From: Candidatus Aceula meridiana
GTDB taxonomy: Bacteria; Omnitrophota; Gorgyraeia; Zapsychrales; Aceulaceae
Direction: 5' to 3'
Assembly: GCA_030765185.1 (NCBI GenBank)
Contig: JAVCDE010000024.1
Location: 251,538 to 315,537, forward strand
Length of the DNA: 64,000 bases
The position numbers and the translations under genes were made by a program. Of this stretch, positions 1 through 9,815 are shown in pieces (within the stretch, counting starts at the first letter, position 1; each line of letters opens with the position of its first letter). The notes beneath the pieces were generated by a model. That model worked only from the letters and a program-made list of their open reading frames with translations. It was not told where the DNA came from and did not search any database.

Positions 1-3000
1 GGTAGCATCCAAATTAAATTCAAATCCATGGCCCTCGGATTGAATATCTATATCCAATGTATCCGCGCCAAGATCGATACCACCGGGACTACTTGATAAT
101 TCTTTATCATCAGAAAAATCAAAAAACCCGTTAGGCCCAACAAGCTCTTTTATAAATTGAGAAGCTTTTCGTTGATCAGTACCAGGTGCTCCAGAATATC
201 CATACTTCAATGATTCTTTATACGTGTCAAAACTTTCTTTGCTATCAAGAACTAAAATAAATTGTATTTTTGCGTAATTCGCTTGAACTTGAGATCGCAA
301 AAAGTCTCCAAGACTCTTGTAATCTTTTATTTCCCCTTTAACAGTAATGGGAGTAAAAACTTGATTATTTGATTCTACCTGCTTTTGCCTTTCTGAAATC
401 TCTTTATCAAAATTGTGAGACCAATAAGGATCATTTAGATCAATACTTATCTGCTCTCCAAAAAGTGTTGGATGAGATTCGGTTAATGCTTGCGCAAAAT
501 CAGCTGGTGAATCATAAAAAACAACTGCATTCCTAAAATGTCCTGGTCGCACACCTTTAAAAAATTCGTTCATCTTCTCAACCTGCTCTTTGGTAACAGT
601 CGAAGAAACAGTTTTAATCTTAGAATTAAAATCTACCGTTTCACTGGTAAACGCAGGAACATTATTAAAATACTCATCCCATGTATAAATAAACTTTTCA
701 AAGAATTCATCGCCTTGAGCGAGGTTAGATCTTTTTCTAAACTGACGCAGCTGCGTATCGACAATATACCAACCATCGATGACAACAACAACATGATTAG
801 CTGTTTTCATGCCCTCAACAATATTTTGAGTATCCTCTGGAATATAAAAATCCATCTTTTTAAAATCATGATTCGTCATTAACTCCGTGTTTTCACGATA
901 ACTTCGCATGATATCGTCGCTTGCTCGCTGACATTGATTCCAATCATAATCATTGAGAACAGGGTATCGGCTTGCCGTGACATCAGCCAATTGCTTAAAC
1001 TGTTCAACCGTCCAATAATTTTCACCCATATTCGACGAACTCTTTTTTGGAGTTAATTTATACGCATCATTCGGAACGACAGGACCAAGCGTATGAGCTG
1101 GAAGCTTTAAGAAAACAGTCTCAATGTTAAAATCATTTAACATTTCTTCGCTTTGCAAAAACTGAGAACTCTTAGGCCCCGATTGCTCCATCTTAATCGG
1201 ATAGTTAAATACAATTTCAGCATCATCAGACAAGTATTCCTTAAATTTTATTAAATAATTAGCAAGATTTTCGGCAGAAGCCACATGCCGAAATCCCATG
1301 TGACCTGCAAGCACATCCACCTTAAGACCATCTTCTTCTAAAAGTTTAAAAAGCTGACGAAAATCAGCAAAATAAAATGTAATACGAGGATCTGCAAAAA
1401 CCCAATTTGGATCAAAGATGTCTCCCACGCCGATAAGCTTTATATTTGTGATTTCCGACGGAATTTGTCTAGCAATTTCATTAAGCGCTTCAGGGTTAAG
1501 CACGCCCGCATCCACATAGACAATGTCTTTTTTTTCTGAAGCATTTTTAGCACGTTCAATTAAATCAGAAACAACATCAATCTGTAAATTTGAATTAAAT
1601 ATATCCAAATCTGTACTCGTATACGTATAGCCCTGTTCTCCTAGCGTCGTCTCACTAAAATCAAAAACACCTTGAGGCTGATCCTTTTTTCCTTCAATAA
1701 TAATATATCGATTTTTATTTTCCAATAATCTTTTCAACTTTTCGCCCTGATCCTTGCTTTGCACCAAAGTTTTTATGGCTGGAGCGTTGCGCCCGGAAGA
1801 AATCTCAAATACTTGCGACTGCTCTGATATTCTACCATAAACCTCATCTGTATATTCTTGTGCGCTAACTGGTATATATCTTCCAAAGGGGATTTCACCG
1901 GATTGAATGTTGCTCCACAAACCAATATTTTTAGCATTCTTAGCTAGAATAACGTTTTTGAGCAACGGGGCAATTTCTTCCCAAAGAGCCCTTGTAATCA
2001 TTCCCTCGCCCTTTTCTCCAGATTGGGAAACTTCCGTTACCATTACATTCGCACCCATCGATCCAAATCTTTTTTCTATCGTCAAAAGATAGTCTTTGTC
2101 ATTAAATTCAAAATATATTGTATTTTCGCCCAAATGACGAATCTTAATCGTCCCTATTTTCTTATCCCCAGACTTTTTCCTATTATGACCAATCAATCCA
2201 TCTTTATCTGAAACAAATTCTCCATACTTGCTACTTGCTATTTCAACAAAAAGAGGAAACAATCCCCCTGGATCGTCCTTGGCAAATGCAAGAAATTGCT
2301 CAAAAGAAACAACAGTTGATCCGCTTAAGAAATGCCTGATTTGAGAAACGACGCTAGGATCTCCACCTTTCCACAAAACTTTTCCAATGTCTGTCTCGAC
2401 GCTAACAATAACATTGATATCTTTTCTAAGGTCCTTAAAATAATTTAGGATTTTATTGACAGATTCAATGTCTATCTCCAAATCTTTCTCTCCTTTGAAT
2501 ACTTTAAGAAAAAGGTTAACTTTTTCTTCATCATATTCTAATGCTTCCCAAATATGCTGAACTAAAAAACGATAGCCAATAGCATTTGCTCTATCATTAT
2601 TCTCGGCAACTCTTCCCTGCTCGTTAAAATCTAAAGTTTTTAACTGCTCCACTAATTCTTTTTGATAATCAGGATCCTTCATATATTCGGTGTAAAGCAC
2701 TTGATTCAAATCATAAGTCTTTAATTTCTTCATACCCCCTTTAATACGCTTGGCTAAAGTAGGATGAATCTTGATCTCTGCAGGATCTTTAATCTCGCTT
2801 TCTAGATCAATTGCATCTAAAAGCAACTGACTCGCTTTAAGGACTTCTTCTTCTGTTGGGTTCTGTTTATACATCAGCTGTGAGTTTGCCTGAATATCAA
2901 CAACAAAAAAATCCTTTTGCCCTTCTAGTTTCATTACCTGCAATTGATATCCATGATGATCGCCAGTTGTCTTACCAAATTTCTTTTGAACAGCATCAGA

Positions 3001-5352
3001 GTGGTGTATCCCTTTATGAAAATAAACTTCTCCAGTTTTAATATCCACAATTGCCTTAATCCCCGAATAATTACTAATTTGATCTTCTTTATATTTTCTA
3101 GCTATATCAGCAGGAACTTTTAGCGGTACTCTTAGTTGTGGTAGATTATAAGAATTGAGCTTATCTGAAAATTTCTCCTCGATGCCTTCTATGGCAGGAG
3201 AGCTTACCCTGACAAGATTTTTGTTTGTTTGAGCATACGGGACAAGGCTATATTCATAATCCCTATTTTCATCCTCTAAAATGATTTTAACCGGTATCTC
3301 CGTAAGGGGTTTTGCGTTAATCTTAATTTCTTGATTTGTTTTTCTAACCGTAGAAACAAACAGTGCGATTTCTTCAACACCTTTTTCAGGGTCATGTTCA
3401 ATATTCTTTGGTTTAATACGAATATCGGCAACGCCTAAATTTCTCATCTCATCAAAAATTTTCTCATAAAATTTAATAACTTCGCGCCCTTTGTCCGTAT
3501 TTGGAAATGTCATTTCAAAATTAAAAGTTCCATCAAGGGCTAAATTTTTATTAAACAAATTTAGCCAAATAGCAATAGGATCCGGATCGTATTGCGCAAC
3601 AAACATTGACATAATCAAATCCATCTTAATAGGGTTACCCTTATCATCAAGGAATTTTACTGTCTTAATGTCCTCTTTTTTAAAAACAAAAGGTTTTTCA
3701 GGTCTTAAATAATCATCTACATTTTTGCCCGGATGCATCACTAAAAATCTTGCACGCCCATCAAGAGTCATTGTCTGGGAATTAATATTATTAAGATCTG
3801 CCCCAAAAACTTCAACAGCCTCTGGTCCAAATGTCTTTTTGCTTCTTACTCTTCGAATAGAACCTATATCTTCATGTCGAGAGCTTATCTCCTGTCTATA
3901 CTCATCCAAACTTTTATTTCCATACTGTTCCAAAATTTCTATCAATGTCATCCCCGCTCCACACCCTGCGTCTAAAACACGCAAAGGTCTACCGCGCTCA
4001 ATGCGGTGAGTTTCGCTAGAAAATCTTTTTAAAAATAGAGCTAAGGGATCTCTAGCTTGTGCTTTCTTAAACCTAAGATCAGCTTGATTGAGCCACCAAT
4101 CATAATTTTTTATTCCACGAAATGCCGTATATTCCCTCTGGCGCGACAACAAGTACTTCTGACTTTTTTGTAACGGTTTAGTTTCCAGAGTACTTGAAAC
4201 CTGACGTAATTTCGCAGGAGAACAGGCGCTCGTTACCTCGCCGATATCTCCAGTTGGCCGAATTATATCTTCTGTTTCGCCTAGCGAAAATCCACCTGAG
4301 AAATATTTGCGCGGAACATTACGCTGTTCGTACTGATCGTATTCAACTTTAACAAAATCACACACACCTTTTTTGAATGCATCAAGATATTGATTATAAA
4401 TTTTTTCTCCAGCCTCTTTATCTTCACCATCTACACCAGCAATCTTGGCCTTGTTGCTGTATTTCTGATTTAAAATAGAATTTTTAAGAGTATTTTTAAA
4501 CCATGTTGCCAGAATCAAAGAATTATAAATTTGACGAAGATTCGCAAAATTTTTGCCGTTGTTGACTTCCCTCTCAATTTGAGGCAAAACAATCTCTCGG
4601 ACAATCTTAGAAGATAAATTACTAACCTCTTTTGTTTCTTTAGCTTTATCTAATTTTGCTCCTATCTTTTGATTATCCAAATTATTCTCAAGAGACAAAT
4701 AATCTTCCTCCAGCATAACCTTAAGATAGCTGCTAACAACAAAAGCATGAGGTCCATTTTCATAAACAACAGCCTTTTGCGGCACAATCCAAACCTTATT
4801 AAAGGTATTAACGGGTATCTGCGTTGTTCCGTATTTCTCAAAAGCTTCTTTGTAAATTCGATCCCAAAATCTCTTGCCCAATTCATCTTCTGGGTAAATA
4901 AGCGACGCTGTAATTTGTTTTAAAATATAGTCTTGAGCCAAAAGGTCTTGGCCCATTTCTGTTTGACCAAAGGCATCTGGGACAATGCGGTCTTCTTCGT
5001 AGGGAGAAAGGTTGACCCAAAGCTCTTGCTTTGGAATCGTTATAGATGCCAAGAAATATTTGATGAGTTTTTCACTCTCTTTTTTAAACTCTTGATCGCT
5101 TAAAGAGGTGTCTCCAATATCCATAATAAAATCAAGCTTAAAAGGATTTTTAGGATCAACTCGTACGCCTCGAAGCAAAACAGGTGAAAAGCTTGGCGTA
5201 AGCGTGATCATAGCCCCAGGCGCAGGCAAAAAGCTTAAAGATTGCGCAAAAGAAGCCGAAGGCATAATCATATTGGCTAAGAATGCAAACATCACAAACC
5301 AGCTAAATAATTTATGATAACGTTTTGTTTTAATATATTTATACATATACAT
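1..5352 (-). CDS. Giant secreted multidomain protein (>=1784 aa, 3' end beyond window), Omnitrophota-type conserved N-terminal domain, internal methyltransferase-like and papain-like modules
   Basis: Hand translation from ATG 5352: MYMYKYIKTKRYHKLFSWFVMFAFLANMIMPSASFAQ (signal peptide) ...KLIKYFLASITIPKQELWVNLSPYEEDRIVPDAFGQTEMGQDLLAQDYILKQITASLIYPE...NTFNKVWIVP...RKYFSGG; VLDAGCGAG at ~3955-3985; SSSPGGIDLGADTLDIDIQ at ~40-95. The frame was open at every spot I checked; its absence from the ORF track is consistent with no stop before the edge. Confidence 0.88.
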   Translation of the reverse strand, partial: MYMYKYIKTKRYHKLFSWFVMFAFLANMIMPSASFAQSLSFLPAPGAMITLTPSFSPVLLRGVRVDPKNPFKLDFIMDIGDTSLSDQEFKKESEKLIKYFLASITIPKQELWVNLSPYEEDRIVPDAFGQTEMGQDLLAQDYILKQITASLIYPEDELGKRFWDRIYKEAFEKYGTTQIPVNTFNKVWIVPQKAVVYENGPHAFVVSSYLKVMLEEDYLSLENNLDNQKIGAKLDKAKETKEVSNLSSKIVREIVLPQIEREVNNGKNFANLRQIYNSLILATWFKNTLKNSILNQKYSNKAKIAGVDGEDKEAGEKIYNQYLDAFKKGVCDFVKVEYDQYEQRNVPRKYFSGGFSLGETEDIIRPTGDIGEVTSACSPAKLRQVSSTLETKPLQKSQKYLLSRQREYTAFRGIKNYDWWLNQADLRFKKAQARDPLALFLKRFSSETHRIERGRPLRVLDAGCGAGMTLIEILEQYGNKSLDEYRQEISSRHEDIGSIRRVRSKKTFGPEAVEVFGADLNNINSQTMTLDGRARFLVMHPGKNVDDYLRPEKPFVFKKEDIKTVKFLDDKGNPIKMDLIMSMFVAQYDPDPIAIWLNLFNKNLALDGTFNFEMTFPNTDKGREVIKFYEKIFDEMRNLGVADIRIKPKNIEHDPEKGVEEIALFVSTVRKTNQEIKINAKPLTEIPVKIILEDENRDYEYSLVPYAQTNKNLVRVSSPAIEGIEEKFSDKLNSYNLPQLRVPLKVPADIARKYKEDQISNYSGIKAIVDIKTGEVYFHKGIHHSDAVQKKFGKTTGDHHGYQLQVMKLEGQKDFFVVDIQANSQLMYKQNPTEEEVLKASQLLLDAIDLESEIKDPAEIKIHPTLAKRIKGGMKKLKTYDLNQVLYTEYMKDPDYQKELVEQLKTLDFNEQGRVAENNDRANAIGYRFLVQHIWEALEYDEEKVNLFLKVFKGEKDLEIDIESVNKILNYFKDLRKDINVIVSVETDIGKVLWKGGDPSVVSQIRHFLSGSTVVSFEQFLAFAKDDPGGLFPLFVEIASSKYGEFVSDKDGLIGHNRKKSGDKKIGTIKIRHLGENTIYFEFNDKDYLLTIEKRFGSMGANVMVTEVSQSGEKGEGMITRALWEEIAPLLKNVILAKNAKNIGLWSNIQSGEIPFGRYIPVSAQEYTDEVYGRISEQSQVFEISSGRNAPAIKTLVQSKDQGEKLKRLLENKNRYIIIEGKKDQPQGVFDFSETTLGEQGYTYTSTDLDIFNSNLQIDVVSDLIERAKNASEKKDIVYVDAGVLNPEALNEIARQIPSEITNIKLIGVGDIFDPNWVFADPRITFYFADFRQLFKLLEEDGLKVDVLAGHMGFRHVASAENLANYLIKFKEYLSDDAEIVFNYPIKMEQSGPKSSQFLQSEEMLNDFNIETVFLKLPAHTLGPVVPNDAYKLTPKKSSSNMGENYWTVEQFKQLADVTASRYPVLNDYDWNQCQRASDDIMRSYRENTELMTNHDFKKMDFYIPEDTQNIVEGMKTANHVVVVIDGWYIVDTQLRQFRKRSNLAQGDEFFEKFIYTWDEYFNNVPAFTSETVDFNSKIKTVSSTVTKEQVEKMNEFFKGVRPGHFRNAVVFYDSPADFAQALTESHPTLFGEQISIDLNDPYWSHNFDKEISERQKQVESNNQVFTPITVKGEIKDYKSLGDFLRSQVQANYAKIQFILVLDSKESFDTYKESLKYGYSGAPGTDQRKASQFIKELVGPNGFFDFSDDKELSSSPGGIDLGADTLDIDIQSEGHGFEFNLDAT

Positions 5353-5765
5353 AATTACTCTATAAATTTTATTTTTAAGTCCACCCTAACGCATAAAGTA
5401 TATACTAATATATTAAGAAAAAAAGGGCATTTGGGCCCTTTTAAGAAAGCGTTTGCATGAAGATATATGTTACGGAATGCAGCGCTCGTAAGCTATTTGT
5501 CCAAATTAATACCAAACTCAAAGAGTGTCGGGAATCCTAATAATATTAGTAAGATTTATATTATTTGGGGAGACTTGAGATTTCTCAATTCGCCCCAAAT
5601 ATAACACATAATCTTTAATATTGCCACTTTATGCCAATTTTTTTAAAATGGTCATCACAAGACACCAATTTATAAAAACTTACTACAAAAAGTTGCTCCA
5701 ATAAACGCTGTAAACCATAAATAGCGAATATCCACCCAAATAGCTAAACGCCGTTAAAAAGAAAG

Positions 5766-5807
5766 AAGAAGAGCGGTTTGAAGAAAATTCTTCAAACCGC
5801 TCTTCTT
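5766..5807 (-). terminator. Intrinsic terminator-like hairpin downstream of metY-pspC
   Basis: 20-bp perfect inverted repeat AAGAAGAGCGGTTTGAAGAA / TTCTTCAAACCGCTCTTCTT with a T-rich run after it on the minus strand. Confidence 0.8.
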
Positions 5808-5828
5808 TAATACAAATATTAATATTTG

Positions 5829-6041
5829 TTATGCTTTTTTCTTGTCGCTTTTTTTAGGAATAACAAGCCACATGGCCAAATAGCCGACAATACCCCATCC
5901 AATTGTTAAAAGGGCAACCAGAACAAATAAAAGACGAAAAAGCGTCGCGTCTTTTTCAAAATATTCTGCTATGCCTCCGCAGACTCCACCGATTTTCTTG
6001 TCTTTCTCTGATAAATAAAGTTTTTTAACCTTTCCTGTCAT
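5829..6041 (-). CDS. pspC: PspC domain protein
   Basis: [23 protein letters not shown]...YLAMWLVIP is the typical PspC signature with one TM helix. Confidence 0.9.
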   Translation of the reverse strand: MTGKVKKLYLSEKDKKIGGVCGGIAEYFEKDATLFRLLFVLVALLTIGWGIVGYLAMWLVIPKKSDKKKA

Positions 6042-6052
6042 AATATTTTCCC

Positions 6053-7354
<1,302 letters not shown>

Positions 7355-7372
7355 TTATTTAACAATGGCATC

Positions 7373-7401
7373 ATTATACATATAAAAAAGATTTTTGGCA
7401 A
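7373..7401 (-). promoter_or_regulatory. sigma70-type promoter of metY
   Basis: TTGCCA-N17-TATAAT on the minus strand upstream of the start. Confidence 0.6.
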
Positions 7402-7417
7402 AAAATGTATTCTTGCC

Positions 7418-7600
7418 CTATTTAATGCCCATCTTCCTCAAAATCGCCATCATCGGACACCATCCGGTAAAAGCAGACTGAAAAAGATTAAGCCCGACAA
7501 AGGCCGTAAACCACAACCAGTGAATATCGACTTTAACCGCTAAGACAACGCTTAAAAGAATAAAAAATCCCGCGACGCCCCGTAACATTTTTTCTATCAT
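7418..7600 (-). CDS. DUF2892 / YgaP-like small membrane protein
   Basis: WLWFTAFVGLNLFQSAFTGWCPM motif typical of the YgaP transmembrane domain. Confidence 0.88.
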   Translation of the reverse strand: MIEKMLRGVAGFFILLSVVLAVKVDIHWLWFTAFVGLNLFQSAFTGWCPMMAILRKMGIK

Positions 7601-7619
7601 TTTTATACTCCTTAATAAT

Positions 7620-7693
7620 GCCCAAGCTTACGAAGCAAAAGTGAGTGTAAGCTTTCAGGCCAAATTAATCCCGTGCGCGAAACGCATCGGGAT
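7620..7693 (+). repeat. Dispersed two-hairpin structured repeat, copy 1
   Basis: GCCCAAGCTTAC-GAAGCAAAAGTGAGT-GTAAGCTT..GGC-CAAATTA-ATCCCGTGCG-CGAAA-CGCATCGGGAT; homologous to 55958-56032 and, reversed, 30517-30587. Confidence 0.75.
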
Positions 7694-7762
7694 AAATGAT
7701 ATTAATTATTTCTGCGTTGATCCTGGCTGTTTGGGCCAAAATTTCCTTAATGTTAATTTCTT

Positions 7763-9034
7763 CTAAAAGCTATATCTAACACGCAGATACATATTTTTAT
7801 TTTTTTTCATTTGTCCAAACGCAGTATGCTCATCTTCGCCCCAAGGAAGATTCGCCCCTAAAGTTGTTCTCCATCTATCGGTAATATCGTAGCTGACCGA
7901 AGGCCTAATATAACCATCATTATCCGTCGGTGAATAAAACGTAAAAAGCGACACACGAACAGTTTGATTCTTAAATAATTTAGTAATGCGATTAGCGAGA
8001 AGATGGCGATGTTGATCCCAGCGGTAATCCTGACTCAAAAGATTATCACGATATTTCGCATAATTCATCATCTGCTCATAAAGATACTGAAAACCAATTT
8101 TAAAATCATTGCCTAAATCTTTTTCATATCCGCTCATCACCTGCAATTTAGAATTAGCAACCGTTCTCTTCACCCCTAAAGGATCCTCTCGTGAATAGTT
8201 GTAACCGACCTCAACGTTTCCTATGCCGCTTGCAATAGGCCCGCGCAGGCTTGCTCCATAAACATCGCGCTTCTCGTGATAAAGCTGACGCAGAGCTTCA
8301 TTTTTATAACTTTCAGGATTTTTGTTATAACCCCAAAAACCATAAAATGCCAATTCATTGCTGCCAAGGCCCTTATAAACCCGCAAGGCGTATTCCGTAT
8401 TTGATAATTGAAATGGCGGTGAAATAATATGTCGGTCAGAATTTCTTCCGGCAATACCACCTTGAAAACTATCGAAAAAAGAAAGCCTGTCCCCTTTTGG
8501 CAACGTGTTAGGCGTAAAATATGGAATCATAACAAAGTCAATATTAGCAAATTTTGGATAAAAAGAAGTTTTAATAGCATCCGATGGTTTCTTCAAATAT
8601 TCATCATCACGTCCGGCATAAAAGGATTCATAATCCTTAGGAAACTGATCGTTAATAAAAAGGTAATCTCCTGTTCCCCAGGTTAAAACTTGACGCCCGG
8701 CTTTTAAATCCATAAAACGAAAAGGGCTTAGAAGAACATTAGCTTCTCTTAAATCAAAGTCTGTTTTTCCCGAGTAATACCAATCTACAAGAAAATCGCC
8801 CCGAAAATTTAAAACCGCACCTTTATTCGCTAAATAGTTTTCCCCGGAAAAATAATGAGTCAGCTTAAGCTGAAGGCGTTGCTCAAGGAGGTTATAGTTA
8901 TCTCTCTTGGTGTTATCATCGCTTAGCTTGAGGCCATAATCAAATTCAACAAACCCATGAAGCTTTGGCAATGCCGCAAAGGCAAGCTGAGGAACAAAAA
9001 TAGCAATAACAAATAAAGGTAGAATCTTCTTCAT
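7763..9034 (-). CDS. Outer-membrane beta-barrel protein (DUF1302-like), partner of MMPL/LolA-like proteins
   Basis: Signal peptide ending AFA, LREA..., GRQVLTWG motif, aromatic-rich strands, C-terminal YLRVRYSF BAM signal. Confidence 0.75.
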   Translation of the reverse strand: MKKILPLFVIAIFVPQLAFAALPKLHGFVEFDYGLKLSDDNTKRDNYNLLEQRLQLKLTHYFSGENYLANKGAVLNFRGDFLVDWYYSGKTDFDLREANVLLSPFRFMDLKAGRQVLTWGTGDYLFINDQFPKDYESFYAGRDDEYLKKPSDAIKTSFYPKFANIDFVMIPYFTPNTLPKGDRLSFFDSFQGGIAGRNSDRHIISPPFQLSNTEYALRVYKGLGSNELAFYGFWGYNKNPESYKNEALRQLYHEKRDVYGASLRGPIASGIGNVEVGYNYSREDPLGVKRTVANSKLQVMSGYEKDLGNDFKIGFQYLYEQMMNYAKYRDNLLSQDYRWDQHRHLLANRITKLFKNQTVRVSLFTFYSPTDNDGYIRPSVSYDITDRWRTTLGANLPWGEDEHTAFGQMKKNKNMYLRVRYSF

Positions 9035-9035
9035 A

Positions 9036-9815
9036 TCACTGAATCCATTGCATGGCCGGCCGCCTTAAATAGCGTTCGGTAAAAACATTATCTTCTATGC
9101 CGACATCATAGCGAACATTTGTAAATTCCATAACTGTTTGTCCTCCGCGTGCAACATCGACAGAGCGAGACTTAACAACCGTTGGATGGCCATCAATATC
9201 TTTTACGTCTAGCGCCTCTATGGTGCGCATAAGATTACCATCTGCATCATAATACTCGGCCTTCATAGGCATAAAATTTCCTTTATCAATCAAAACAATA
9301 TAATAAGAAAATTCAAGACCCTTCGTATCTTTAGGCATATTTTTAATCTTGTAAGAGTTTTCCTCTTCGCCTAAAAGCTCATGTGTGTCAGCTTCGGTGC
9401 CTCGCCCGGAAACATCTTCGTAAACAAAATGCGACCCTACAAAGCTTGAACGTTTATCACTAGCGGCGATGCGGCGGACCAAATCTAAAGCCGGCAAATA
9501 AAGCCAACGGTCATCATCTTTTCCAATGTTTTTCCAAACCATATAGACCATTTTTTCAACATCCGTTGGCTTCTTAAAATATACATAAAACTTTTGCTCT
9601 GCCCCTTCTTTGACTGTCTTTCGCAAAATACGGAATTCGCGATTTCTTTCTCTTCCCTGAGAGTCTGTAATCGTCATCTTAGCGTCTGAAATTCCGTCCT
9701 TACCTGCATAATAAGAAACCATATTTGCCTTTGAAACAATCTCGTCTGCGGTTTGAGCAAAAGCAGAACCAGCCATTAAAAATAAAACGCCAGCAAGGAT
9801 TAATATTCTTTTCAT
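9036..9815 (-). CDS. Outer membrane lipoprotein-sorting (LolA-like) periplasmic protein
   Basis: Signal peptide; DDRWLYLPALDLVRRIAASDKRSSFVGSHFVYEDV motif. Confidence 0.85.
   Translation of the reverse strand: MKRILILAGVLFLMAGSAFAQTADEIVSKANMVSYYAGKDGISDAKMTITDSQGRERNREFRILRKTVKEGAEQKFYVYFKKPTDVEKMVYMVWKNIGKDDDRWLYLPALDLVRRIAASDKRSSFVGSHFVYEDVSGRGTEADTHELLGEEENSYKIKNMPKDTKGLEFSYYIVLIDKGNFMPMKAEYYDADGNLMRTIEALDVKDIDGHPTVVKSRSVDVARGGQTVMEFTNVRYDVGIEDNVFTERYLRRPAMQWIQ

Noticed and set aside
1960-2050. Possible GNAT acetyl-CoA motif (VSQSGEKGEGMITRALW) in the giant protein
   Set aside because: Resemblance too weak to call without a profile search
538-5317. Short ORFs listed in the first 5.3 kb
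   Set aside because: They are antisense or off-frame shadows of the giant minus-strand ORF, with no recognisable motifs
5562-5601. Imperfect hairpin TATTTGGGG...CCCCAAATA upstream of the giant ORF
   Set aside because: No match to a riboswitch I recognise and only one copy; function cannot be supported
7620-7693. Two-hairpin repeat as a CRISPR repeat, attC site or tRNA
   Set aside because: Copies are dispersed singly, with no spacers, cas genes, integrase or cloverleaf
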